Source of the DNA: Candidatus Egerieicola pullicola
GTDB taxonomy: Bacteria > Bacillota > Clostridia > Oscillospirales > Ruminococcaceae
Assembly (NCBI GenBank): GCA_018712465.1
Contig: DVGY01000078.1
Coordinates: 1-36,816, forward strand
DNA: 36,816 bases
Direction: 5' to 3'
Shown: positions 28,218 through 36,134 of the stretch, piece after piece
How the letters are laid out: the number at the start of each line of letters is the position of its first letter
Position numbering within the stretch: position 1 is the stretch's first letter
Position numbers and translations under genes: made by a program
Notes under the pieces: generated by a model
What the model was told of the DNA's origin: nothing
What the model saw: the letters and a program-made list of their open reading frames with translations, nothing else
Databases searched by the model: none

Positions 28218-29039
28218 TTAAGTTTTAAGATTCATATCGTAAAGCAGCTCACGCAACAATTTGGTGAGCATAGGGCGGCTCTGTTCTGCCGCCTGGTTTA
28301 CCTCTTCTCCACTGAGAGGATTGCCGGAAACTCCGGCCGCTAAATTAGACAGGAAGGATAACCCCAGCACTTCTATGCCGCAATGAACGGCGGCAATGGT
28401 TTCCGGCACCAGGGACATGGCTACGGCGTCCGCTCCTAGGGTGCGGAAGGCTCGGATTTCTGCCGGAGTTTCAAAGCTGGGACCGGTGCAACCTAAATAA
28501 ACCCCTTCCCGCAGAGAAATCCCAATACGCTGAGCGCAGTTCCGGGCTAATTGTTGCAATCGGGGAGAATAGGCCCGGGTCATGTCGGGAAACCGTTCTC
28601 CCAAGGCATTGTCGTTGGGTCCGATGAGCGGATTGGTTCCCATTAGGTTGATGTGATCGGTAATCAGCATCACTTCCCCAGGGTGAAACGCCAAGTTAAT
28701 GGCGCCTGCCGCATTGGTGAGGATCACCTGCCGGATGCCGAAGGCCTGCATTACCCGAATGGGCAGCACTACCTGTTCCATGGTGTAGCCTTCATAATAG
28801 TGGAGCCGTCCTTGGAGACAGAGAACCGGTACTCCCTTTACCGTTCCGGCTAAAAACCGTCCGGGATGACCGGGAGCAGTGGAGCGGGGAAACTCTTCCA
28901 GTTCGTCAAAGGGAACCACTTCCCGACGCTCTAACTGGTCACCAAAGGGGGCAAAGCCGCTGCCCAACACAATAGCGGTGGTGGGACGAAGAGTAAATTT
29001 TTCTTTCAGCCGTTGTGCGTAAAAATCGGGAGTTTTCAT
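28218..29039 (-). CDS. punA: purine nucleoside phosphorylase, PunA (trimeric PNP) family
   Basis: 273 aa with VLGSGF, STAPGHPGRF, LQGRLHYYEGY, NAAGAIN, and DHINLMGTNPLIGPND...GERFPDMTRAY. The start overlaps the mtaD stop (ATGA). Confidence 0.85.
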   Translation of the reverse strand: MKTPDFYAQRLKEKFTLRPTTAIVLGSGFAPFGDQLERREVVPFDELEEFPRSTAPGHPGRFLAGTVKGVPVLCLQGRLHYYEGYTMEQVVLPIRVMQAFGIRQVILTNAAGAINLAFHPGEVMLITDHINLMGTNPLIGPNDNALGERFPDMTRAYSPRLQQLARNCAQRIGISLREGVYLGCTGPSFETPAEIRAFRTLGADAVAMSLVPETIAAVHCGIEVLGLSFLSNLAAGVSGNPLSGEEVNQAAEQSRPMLTKLLRELLYDMNLKT

Positions 29040-30334
29040 TCCTGGTTCACCTCCCCAATGATTCGGTGGGTCCGCCGAGACACTTCATATTTTACCCGTT
29101 CCAAGTCGATGGTGGGATATTCTCCATTTTGGTACAATACCTTGCCGTCCACCATGGTGAGCAAAGTGTCAAAGCCATTGACGGCATAAATCAAATTGTT
29201 CAGCGGGTCGGTGGCTGGGGACAGATGAGGGCCGGACAGATCCAGCACCGTTAAGTCAGCTCGGCAGCCAGGTTGGATTTTGCCGCAGTCGGTGCGTCCT
29301 TGAGAAGCATATCCTTGGATGGTAGCCATTTCCAGCACCTGTCGGGGAGTTACCACAGTGGGATCGTGGGAAATGCCTTTGGGCAGCAGAGCAGCCAAAT
29401 ACAGCTCCTTCCAAAGATTCAGGTTGTTGTTGGAGGCAGCAGAGTCGGTGCCGATGGTGATTTTTACTCCGTGCTCCATGAGTTTGGGCAGATTACAAAC
29501 CCCGCTGCCCAATTTTAAATTGCTGGCAGGACAGGTAGCTACGGTGACTCCCTTTTGGGCCAAAAGCTCCATGTCGCTGTCCTCCACCCATACGCAGTGG
29601 GCGGCTATGGTAGGTTGATCCAACACGCCTGCTTTTGCAAACACCTGGGTGGGGGTGAGACCGCCATGACGCTGTTTGCATTCTTCGTGTTCTTTCTTGG
29701 TTTCGGACAGGTGGATCTGCACACGAAGGTTGTGTTCCTTGGCTGCCTGGGCAAATTGTTCCATGATGGAAACCTGGTTGGTATATTCGGCGTGAAGACT
29801 CATGTCCACCAGAAACCGCCCGTCAAAAGCACCGTGGTAGTCTCGAAAGATGGCTTCGCTTTCCTGAAAACTGGGAAGGTCATGGATGTCTCCATCTGCA
29901 AAGCTGACGATGGAGCGGCTGAAATTGCACTTAATGCCGCTGTCTCCCACAGCTTTGGCTACATTTTCGGAAAAGAAATACATATCGGAAAAAGAGGTGG
30001 TGCCGGTGCGCAGCATCTCCGCAATGCTCAGCAGTACAGCGTAGTAGGCGTCTTCCCCTTGGATTCGATCTTCAAAGGGAAAAACTTTTTCGTTGAGCCA
30101 CCGATCCAGAGGCAGGTTTTCCGCATACCCCCGCAGCAGGGTCATGGGAGAGTGGGAGTGGGTGTTGACCAAGCCGGGAAGAAGCAGCTTGTCCGTTCCA
30201 TGATACACCGTGCCGTAATCTTCAGAGGGCTTTTCTTCCCCCACATAGCAGATGGTGTGGTCTTTCACAGCTACATATTGGTGTTCCCGCAGAGTAAAGT
30301 CGGGAGCTAAGATGGTAATATCGGAAAATAACAT
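29036..30334 (-). CDS. mtaD: 5-methylthioadenosine/S-adenosylhomocysteine deaminase (amidohydrolase superfamily)
   Basis: LLPGLVNTHSHSPMTLLRGYAENLPLDRWL metal-binding HxH region, IHLSET, and GTDSAASNN. ATG at 30334 with an AAGGAG RBS at 7 nt. The track start 30418 adds 28 non-conserved residues. Confidence 0.82.
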   Translation of the reverse strand: MLFSDITILAPDFTLREHQYVAVKDHTICYVGEEKPSEDYGTVYHGTDKLLLPGLVNTHSHSPMTLLRGYAENLPLDRWLNEKVFPFEDRIQGEDAYYAVLLSIAEMLRTGTTSFSDMYFFSENVAKAVGDSGIKCNFSRSIVSFADGDIHDLPSFQESEAIFRDYHGAFDGRFLVDMSLHAEYTNQVSIMEQFAQAAKEHNLRVQIHLSETKKEHEECKQRHGGLTPTQVFAKAGVLDQPTIAAHCVWVEDSDMELLAQKGVTVATCPASNLKLGSGVCNLPKLMEHGVKITIGTDSAASNNNLNLWKELYLAALLPKGISHDPTVVTPRQVLEMATIQGYASQGRTDCGKIQPGCRADLTVLDLSGPHLSPATDPLNNLIYAVNGFDTLLTMVDGKVLYQNGEYPTIDLERVKYEVSRRTHRIIGEVNQE

Positions 30335-30373
30335 GACAGTTCTCCTTAAATTGAAATCCGGTTGTTTGCTTTT

Positions 30374-30402
30374 ATTATAGCAAATTTTGTTTCCGGGGTA
30401 AA
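30374..30402 (-). promoter_or_regulatory. candidate sigma-A promoter for mtaD-punA
   Basis: The minus strand reads TTTACC-17 nt-TATAAT with TGcTATAAT, about 40 nt upstream of the mtaD ATG. Confidence 0.5.
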
Positions 30403-30577
30403 TAAAAAGAATCCCCAAAGCAAAATCACTGGCTTTGAGGATCCTTTAAGCGGTGGGTGAGAAGAATGATTACCGCTTAAGAATATTGTAACAGAGTTTT
30501 TTTCAAAAAACAACTGAGAGCAATTTTTTTGCCTTACGATTTTTTCTGCTCTCAAATCAAGTTATATCGGACGTTCA

Positions 30578-30606
30578 TTGACAATTTCCCGGGGGAATGG
30601 TACAAT
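30578..30606 (+). promoter_or_regulatory. strong sigma-A promoter for the DUF1292 gene
   Basis: Consensus TTGACA-17 nt-TACAAT with an extended TG (TGgTACAAT). Confidence 0.7.
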
Positions 30607-30648
30607 CAAGGTAACAAACGGGAACCATCCCGGGAAGGAGCCGGAGCT

Positions 30649-30951
30649 ATGCTGGAAACCAACAAGCCGGAAGAACTGGAAAACGAAGAAAATTTTGGCT
30701 GTGTGACCTTGACCGATGAAAACGGCCAGGAAGCAGACTTTGAAATTTTGGATTTGATCCTGTACCAGGATGAACAGTATGTGGTGCTGATGCCTTTGGA
30801 TGAAGAGGATGATCAGGTGGTAATCCTCAAACAAGAAGAAGGGGACGAAGAAAATGACTGCTTCGTCAATGTGGAAAGTGAAGAGCTTTTGATGACCATC
30901 TTCAACATCTTTAAAGAGCGGAACCAGGATCTGTTTGATTTTGAGGATTGA
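30649..30951 (+). CDS. DUF1292 (YrzB-like) small acidic protein
   Basis: 100 aa: ...VTLTDENGQEADFEILDLILYQDEQYVVLMPLDEEDDQVVILK... is the DUF1292 pattern. ATG at 30649 lies 8 nt after GGAAGGAG. The track start 30529 precedes the promoter. Confidence 0.8.
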   Translation: MLETNKPEELENEENFGCVTLTDENGQEADFEILDLILYQDEQYVVLMPLDEEDDQVVILKQEEGDEENDCFVNVESEELLMTIFNIFKERNQDLFDFED

Positions 30952-30961
30952 TTGGAAAAGG

Positions 30962-30997
30962 CGTGCTGCAACTCACTGCGGCACGTTCTTTTTTTGC
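30962..30997 (+). terminator. rho-independent terminator after the DUF1292 gene
   Basis: CGTGCTGCA / TGCGGCACG 9-bp stem (one G-U) with a 6-nt loop, followed by TTCTTTTTTTG. Confidence 0.7.
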
Positions 30998-31090
30998 CTG
31001 AATCGGAAAAAATCTCTGGTAAAATGACCTTAAAAATGGTACAATAATTCCAGTGTCCTTCGGGACAGCTGTTGGAAAGGAAGAAAAAAT

Positions 31091-31396
31091 GTGAATGTAC
31101 AGGAATTGTTGAGTTTGCTGGAAAATCCCCTGGTCATCCGCCGTCTGCGGGAAATTTTACAGCAGTCCCCTTCCGGAGACCAGGCCACTATGGTGTTTCA
31201 GACTCCCACTGCCGGAATGGCAGTATCCCACACAGAGGATAGCCAGCAGCTGAAAGCCAAGATTGACCGGCTGTCCAAAGCCTTGGAACAAAGCCGGGAA
31301 GAAATTTTGCGCTTGCAGGAGGAGAACGATACCCTCCGGGGACAGTTGGAACAGGCAAACCACTCCATCCAGGAGTTTTTGCAGAGCAGCTTTTGA
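31091..31396 (+). CDS. hypothetical 101-aa protein with a C-terminal coiled coil
   Basis: GTG start after GGAAAGGAAG. The C-terminal half (QQLKAKIDRLSKALEQSREEILRLQEENDTLRGQLEQANHSIQEF) has a heptad-like pattern. A TGgTACAAT extended -10 lies at 31037-31045. I recognise no family. Confidence 0.45.
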   Translation: MNVQELLSLLENPLVIRRLREILQQSPSGDQATMVFQTPTAGMAVSHTEDSQQLKAKIDRLSKALEQSREEILRLQEENDTLRGQLEQANHSIQEFLQSSF

Positions 31397-31539
31397 TGCT
31401 GCACTTTAGTGGGGTAAAGGTTGATTTTACCCCTAGGGTATGTTATGATAAGAAAGTGGACTTTGCCGCGGCAGAGCCACGCAAAAAACGACCTTACCGG
31501 ATCCGGGCAAGGCGGTGCAATCAGGAAGGAGTTTCTACT

Positions 31540-32817
31540 ATGGTACGAGCAATCGTAGGCGCCAACTGGGGCGACGAAGGCAAGGGAAAGATCACCGATA
31601 TGATGGCGGATCAGTCTGACATTGTAGTTCGGTTTCAAGGAGGCGCCAATGCCGGCCACACCATCATCAATGACTTTGGCCGGTTTTCCCTGCATCTGCT
31701 TCCCTCCGGTGTGTTCCACCAAAACATTGTGAATATCATCGGCACCGGGGTGGCGCTGGATCTGAAAAAACTCTTCCATGAGTTGGACGACTTGACCGCC
31801 CAGGGTGTACCTATGCCGAAAATTATGGTGTCCGACCGAGCTCAGGTACTGATGCCTTATCACATCCAGTTTGACGTGATGGAGGAACAGCGTCTGGGAG
31901 CCAAGAGCTTCGGCTCCACTAAGAGCGGCATTGCCCCCTTCTATTCCGATAAATATTTGAAGATCGGCATTCAGGTCTGCGAACTGTTTGAGGATGAAGA
32001 TTTGATGGAACGGTTGAAAGCCATCTGCGAGGTAAAGAACCTCTCCATCCGGGATATTTATCATTCCGACCAGCTGTTGGATCCCAAAGCCATCTTCGAT
32101 GAAATTACCTCTTACCGGGAACGGTTAAAGCCTTTGGTGGCAGACACGGCGCAGTATCTCCACCAGGCCATCCGGGACGGAAAGAATATCCTCTTGGAAG
32201 GCCAGTTGGGTACCTTGAAGGATACCGATCACGGCATTTATCCCTTCGTCACCTCTTCCAGCCCCTTGGCCGGTTTCGGTGCAGTGGGCGCCGGGATTCC
32301 TCCCTATGAAATTAAGGAAGTGGTTACCGTCACCAAGGCTTATTCCTCTGCCGTGGGAGCTGGTGCTTTCGTCAGTGAAATCTTCGGCGATGAGGCGGAA
32401 GAGCTGCGCAAGCGGGGCGGCGACAAAGGAGAATACGGAGCCACTACCGGACGTCCTCGCCGGGTTGGTTGGTTTGACTGTGTGGCCACCAAGTATGGCT
32501 GCATGTTGCAGGGAGCCACCTCTGTAGTGATGACCAACATCGACGCTTTGGGTTATCTGGACAAGATCCCGGTGTGCACCGGCTACGAAGTGGACGGCGA
32601 AATCATTACTGATTTCCCCTGCACCCCCAAACTCAACCGTGCAAAACCGGTGCTTACTGTGCTGGACGGCTGGAAACAGGATGTCCGGGGCATCAAGAAC
32701 TACAACGACCTGCCGGAAAACTGCCGGAAGTACATTGAATTCTTGGAAGAACAGATCGGCTTCCCCATCAAGATGGTATCCAACGGACCCAAACGCAGTG
32801 AAATCATTGTGCGGTAA
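31540..32817 (+). CDS. purA: adenylosuccinate synthetase
   Basis: MVRAIVGANWGDEGKGKITD P-loop, QGGANAGHT, GTTGRPRR(V)GWFD. ATG at 31540 lies 8 nt after GGAAGGAG. The track start 31393 is rejected. Confidence 0.95.
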   Translation: MVRAIVGANWGDEGKGKITDMMADQSDIVVRFQGGANAGHTIINDFGRFSLHLLPSGVFHQNIVNIIGTGVALDLKKLFHELDDLTAQGVPMPKIMVSDRAQVLMPYHIQFDVMEEQRLGAKSFGSTKSGIAPFYSDKYLKIGIQVCELFEDEDLMERLKAICEVKNLSIRDIYHSDQLLDPKAIFDEITSYRERLKPLVADTAQYLHQAIRDGKNILLEGQLGTLKDTDHGIYPFVTSSSPLAGFGAVGAGIPPYEIKEVVTVTKAYSSAVGAGAFVSEIFGDEAEELRKRGGDKGEYGATTGRPRRVGWFDCVATKYGCMLQGATSVVMTNIDALGYLDKIPVCTGYEVDGEIITDFPCTPKLNRAKPVLTVLDGWKQDVRGIKNYNDLPENCRKYIEFLEEQIGFPIKMVSNGPKRSEIIVR

Positions 32818-32820
32818 GAT

Positions 32821-33447
32821 ATGAAAGCAAAGAAGAACAGCGGGATCACTCCACTGTACCTGCTGGCGGCAGGAGCTGTGCTGGGGCTGTTGGTTTCCAT
32901 GCTTGGGCAGATTCCTGCTATGGCTCATCACGAGCTGTCTGGCATCACCACAAGTTATGGGTATTGGGCAGTGATCTCTGGGATCATTATTGTACCCAGC
33001 AGCCGTCCTTGGAAAGCAGGGCTTTGCTGTACCGCCTTTTTCGCCGCTATGGTGTTGGTGTACTATGGTTTTGCCTGGTATATCACCGGCGCGTTTCCTT
33101 GGCAGACGGTGTTGTGGTGGTTGATTTTAGCTGCTGTGAGCTTTGGCTGGGGCTTCGTGGTGTGGTACCACCACCAGTCCGGCTGGCTGGGTTCCTTTGT
33201 GGCGGCGCTGCCGTTGACGGTGGTGGCGGTGTCCATTTGGAATATTCTGGTTTTGGATCTTTTTACCACACAGTCTGGAGCGTACATCAGCCTGGTGGTA
33301 TTTGGACTGTTTGTGATTTACTTCTTTCTCTTTGCTGCCCGGGATATGATGCAGCGGCTCAGAATGCTGCTGTTTACCGCAATTCTCACCCTGTTGTGGC
33401 AGTTTGGCATTGCAAGCTGGCTGTTTGATTGGCTGGGAACTTTGTGA
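32821..33447 (+). CDS. hypothetical polytopic membrane protein (about 6 TM, Trp-rich)
   Basis: 208 aa made of successive hydrophobic segments. It starts 3 nt after the purA stop and has no clear RBS. I recognise no family. Confidence 0.55.
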   Translation: MKAKKNSGITPLYLLAAGAVLGLLVSMLGQIPAMAHHELSGITTSYGYWAVISGIIIVPSSRPWKAGLCCTAFFAAMVLVYYGFAWYITGAFPWQTVLWWLILAAVSFGWGFVVWYHHQSGWLGSFVAALPLTVVAVSIWNILVLDLFTTQSGAYISLVVFGLFVIYFFLFAARDMMQRLRMLLFTAILTLLWQFGIASWLFDWLGTL

Positions 33448-33452
33448 TTGAT

Positions 33453-33490
33453 GAGACTCCTTCTTTTGTGGAAGGGGTCTCTTTTTGTTG
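33453..33490 (+). terminator. rho-independent terminator after the membrane protein gene
   Basis: GAGACTCCTTC / GAAGGGGTCTC 11-bp stem (one G-U) with a 7-nt loop, then TTTTTGTTG. Confidence 0.75.
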
Positions 33491-33535
33491 CGATAGAAAT
33501 GCTTTCTTTTATAAAAGCGTTGAAATTACCTGAGC

Positions 33536-33568
33536 AAAGAAAAAACCCCTTCTGTACGAGAAGGGGTT
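33536..33568 (-). terminator. rho-independent terminator closing the minus-strand four-gene unit
   Basis: Perfect 9-bp stem AACCCCTTC / GAAGGGGTT with a 7-nt loop. On the minus strand it is followed by TTTTTTCTTTG. It lies about 100 nt after the stop at 33665. Confidence 0.7.
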
Positions 33569-33664
33569 ACTTTATGGTTTTATAAATTACAAACTGTAAT
33601 TTAGTTAAAGAACAATACAAATCAGAAAATATAAAAATACTAAAAGTAATTATAGAATAAAATA

Positions 33665-34519
33665 TTACAGATACTTGGCTAACTCCGGAATTTTCTGAAG
33701 GGTTTCTAAGGTTTCCGGAAAGTCCAGCACCAGCCGTACTGCGCACCGTTTGCAGAACTGTTCCCGACGGCGGGGATTATCTCGCATCTGCTGTTTAAAC
33801 CCCCAGGTGTGGGTAAAGTCGGTTTGGCGGTTGCCGAAGAGATGAGCCAGATTGTCCAACTCATGGATGGGAGTTCCTGTTTTTTGTGCGCACATGGAAA
33901 TCATCCGCTGCTCCGCAAATACCATGTAAATCAGGGGATCGTCTGCTTTGGTGCAGTGTTCCATAAATTGGATGGAAGTTTGAGTATAGGCCGCTAAAAA
34001 GGCAGGATCATGGAAACAGACAAAGGCGGTGTTGCAGGGGGCGATGTCCCAGTCCAATTCCGGCCAAACATAATCATCGTCTGTTTTTAAAAACAGCTTT
34101 TGGGGGTAAACGGTGGGGTTGATCTCTTCCCGATGGATGATAGATAAGGGGTAAGCACTGATCCGATCCCCCAGTGTATTCCAGACGATAAAGTCCGTGT
34201 CCATCATCACCACCGGGGCAGGCTGGTAGGTCAGGGCGTAGAGTTTTGCCGCAGCCCAGAATACATGGGGGTTGACATTGGCGGGGATCAAATGATCCAG
34301 TACGTTGTCTACCCCGTCGTCCCAGATCCACAAAAGCCCCAGCTTTTTGTAATAGTCATAGCCGGTTTGGTCAGTGACCATCCGAATGCTTCCGTTATGC
34401 TTGCGCCATTCCAAGGCGGAAAGCATGGTAGTGAGCAGCTCAAAATCTTCGATTTCATAGGGCTGGTTGGGGTGCTTTACCGCAAAGACTTTGCTCCAGT
34501 TGGTATGAAAAGCTTTCAT
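33665..34519 (-). CDS. DUF6734-like protein, putative GT-A-type nucleotide-sugar transferase (DxD motif)
   Basis: MKAFHTNWSKV..., ...LSALEWRKHNGSIRMVTD..., and VVMMDTDFIVWN (DTD). This layout resembles what I recall of DUF6734 proteins (FWSKP N-terminus, central D-x-D). ATG at 34519 is preceded by a GGAAGGAGGGGAG RBS. The alternative ATG at 34543 overlaps the upstream stop (TAATG). Confidence 0.55.
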   Translation of the reverse strand: MKAFHTNWSKVFAVKHPNQPYEIEDFELLTTMLSALEWRKHNGSIRMVTDQTGYDYYKKLGLLWIWDDGVDNVLDHLIPANVNPHVFWAAAKLYALTYQPAPVVMMDTDFIVWNTLGDRISAYPLSIIHREEINPTVYPQKLFLKTDDDYVWPELDWDIAPCNTAFVCFHDPAFLAAYTQTSIQFMEHCTKADDPLIYMVFAEQRMISMCAQKTGTPIHELDNLAHLFGNRQTDFTHTWGFKQQMRDNPRRREQFCKRCAVRLVLDFPETLETLQKIPELAKYL

Positions 34520-34542
34520 GTCTGGGTCTCCCCTCCTTCCCA

Positions 34543-35400
34543 TTAAATCAGGTGCAGGCCGTAGCCGTACACCACAAATTCCTTGCCGCTGGCGGTATAA
34601 AATACGCCGTTATCATAAAATTCCGGTTCCCAATCCTCTTCCGGTACCGGAGTGTTTACCGTGGTGGGAGGCGCCAGTAAATCTTCCTCCCACAAAGGAA
34701 ATCCGAAGCTGCCAAAGCTTTCAAAACTGCCGGAACGGAAGGAACCAAAGGATCCTGTGGAAAAGCTTCCAAAGCTGCCAAATAGGCCGCTGCCAAAACC
34801 ACTTCCCATGCCTCGGCCCCAGCCCCAGCCGAAGCCGCTGCCAAAGGAACCCCATCCGCTTGCGCCAAAGGAGGTGGAAAAGGAGCCAAAACCACTGTTC
34901 CATCCACTGGTGGGATAACTGCCGAAGCTGCCGAACGATCCACTTCCGGTCAAAAGAGGACGGCCGAAAGTGAAGCCTACAAAATTCCAGTCTGCCGGAT
35001 CGGCAGCGGCAGGCGCATAGTAGGCGGGCTGAGGAGAGGGAGTGCTTTCCGGTTGTTCTTGGGGAGGATTCATTACAAAATCCGGTGCTTGGTAGGGTAT
35101 CGGATAAATGCTTCCCCGGATGAGGATGGAGATGTATTTCAGCCACACCAGGTTTTTCACTTTAACACAGTGGGCAAATACCGGATAAGTCCGTTCCGGT
35201 TCTAAAAAGGAAATTTCTTCTTCCGGCAGCACGAAAGTGAGGGGTGCATCGGGAAGTCCCGCCACCCCTGCTTTTAGGTTGACGCTCCAGGAAACGGAAG
35301 CCGAGACGCTGTGTTCTTCTTCCGAAAGAAGGGCTAGCGTCGCCGTTCCTGCAAAGCGGTATTTTTCTTTTTGCACCGGAAGTGCAGTGATAGGATTCAT
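34543..35400 (-). CDS. hypothetical protein: about 100-aa N-terminal domain, Pro-rich linker, 84-aa Gly/Ser/Phe/Trp low-complexity tract, acidic/aromatic C-terminus
   Basis: 285 aa from the ATG at 35400 (GAGGA RBS at 7 nt). The track start 35457 would overlap the response-regulator gene. No signal peptide or TM segment is evident. I recognise no family. Confidence 0.6.
   Translation of the reverse strand: MNPITALPVQKEKYRFAGTATLALLSEEEHSVSASVSWSVNLKAGVAGLPDAPLTFVLPEEEISFLEPERTYPVFAHCVKVKNLVWLKYISILIRGSIYPIPYQAPDFVMNPPQEQPESTPSPQPAYYAPAAADPADWNFVGFTFGRPLLTGSGSFGSFGSYPTSGWNSGFGSFSTSFGASGWGSFGSGFGWGWGRGMGSGFGSGLFGSFGSFSTGSFGSFRSGSFESFGSFGFPLWEEDLLAPPTTVNTPVPEEDWEPEFYDNGVFYTASGKEFVVYGYGLHLI
34699..34950 (-). 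repeat. coding low-complexity tract (GSF/SFG/GWG micro-repeats)
   Basis: Residues 151-234 read TGSGSFGSFGSYPTSGWNSGFGSFSTSFGASGWGSFGSGFGWGWGRGMGSGFGSGLFGSFGSFSTGSFGSFRSGSFESFGSFGF. By my count 71 of 84 residues are G, S, F or W. The DNA shows degenerate GCTGCCAAA-type repeats, not exact tandem copies. Confidence 0.85.
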
Positions 35401-35426
35401 TGGGTTGTCCTCACAATGTGATAAAT

Positions 35427-36122
35427 TTAAACCCGGAAACGGTATCCGGCGCCCCAAACTGTTTCAATGTAACGGGGATTGGAGCTGTCTTCTTCGATTT
35501 TTTCCCGAATGCGGTTGATGTGCACCGTAACAGTGGAGGCGTCTCCCAAACTGTCCATTCCCCAAATTCGGTCGAAGAGGGTGTCTTTGGAAAAGACGAT
35601 ATTGGGATTTTCCGCCAGAAAGCGCAGCAGCTCAAATTCTTTGTTGGCCAGCTTCACTTCTTTTCCCTTTACCGTGACCCGCATCTGTTCCGGGTAGATC
35701 TTCAGATCCCCGATGGCGATCACATGGTCGGCGTGTTTGGCATTGCCGGTGGCGGTGAGCCGCTCATAGCGGGCGATATGGGCCCCTACTCGGGCCACCA
35801 GTTCGCTGGGAGAAAAGGGTTTGACGATGTAGTCGTCCGCTCCCAAACCCAGTCCGCGGATCTTGTCAATATCCTCTTTTTTGGCGGTAACCATGAGAAT
35901 AGGAGTTTCCTTTTTGGCCCGGATCTCCCGGCAGACTTCAAATCCGTCTTTAAAGGGAAGCATCAGGTCCAGCAGAATCAGATCAAAATCTTCTTCCAAC
36001 GCCATTTTGCTTCCGGTGTCCCCGTCAAAGGCCACTTCTACCTGGTATTTGTTGATTTCCAGGTAGTCCCGTTCCAGGTCTGAGATGCTTTTGTCGTCTT
36101 CGATAATTAAAACCCGTTTCAT
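35427..36122 (-). CDS. OmpR/PhoB-family response regulator
   Basis: 231 aa. Receiver domain (VLIIEDD, LILLDLMLP, ADDYIVKPF) plus a winged-helix output domain (LTxKEFELLRFL..., ...VWGAGYRF). AAGGAAG RBS. It starts 12 nt after the kinase stop. Confidence 0.92.
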   Translation of the reverse strand: MKRVLIIEDDKSISDLERDYLEINKYQVEVAFDGDTGSKMALEEDFDLILLDLMLPFKDGFEVCREIRAKKETPILMVTAKKEDIDKIRGLGLGADDYIVKPFSPSELVARVGAHIARYERLTATGNAKHADHVIAIGDLKIYPEQMRVTVKGKEVKLANKEFELLRFLAENPNIVFSKDTLFDRIWGMDSLGDASTVTVHINRIREKIEEDSSNPRYIETVWGAGYRFRV

Positions 36123-36134
36123 AGTTTCGCTTCC

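Noticed and set aside
30446-30554. Two stem-loops between the divergent mtaD and DUF1292 promoters (9-bp stem 30446-30454/30472-30480; 8-bp stem 30515-30522/30547-30554)
   Set aside because: There is no adjacent U-tract in a meaningful orientation and no upstream gene to terminate. They resemble no riboswitch I know, so the function is undetermined.
30584-30598. Noc-binding-site-like palindrome ATTTCCCGGGGGAAT in the spacer of the DUF1292 promoter (B. subtilis NBS is ATTTCCCGGGAAAT)
   Set aside because: It is a single imperfect copy with an extra central base and one mismatched pair. I saw no second copy in the window, so support is insufficient.
31397-31539. Possible purine riboswitch upstream of purA
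   Set aside because: I could not find the conserved junction sequences (UAUAAU ... UUUCUACC ... CCGUAAAU ... GACUAUG) or a three-way junction. Only an isolated 8-bp hairpin and a TGCCGCGGCA palindrome are present.
31198-32931. Minus-strand ORFs 31198..32064 (288 aa) and 32125..32931 (268 aa)
   Set aside because: They are antisense to purA and the adjacent genes and are shadows.
34518-35146. Several overlapping ORFs on both strands across the G/S/F repeat DNA (34518..34973 +, 34652..34918 +, 34656..34943 -, 34721..35146 -)
   Set aside because: Low-complexity DNA stays open in many frames. Only the 34543..35400 minus frame has an RBS, operon-compatible boundaries and structured non-repeat termini.
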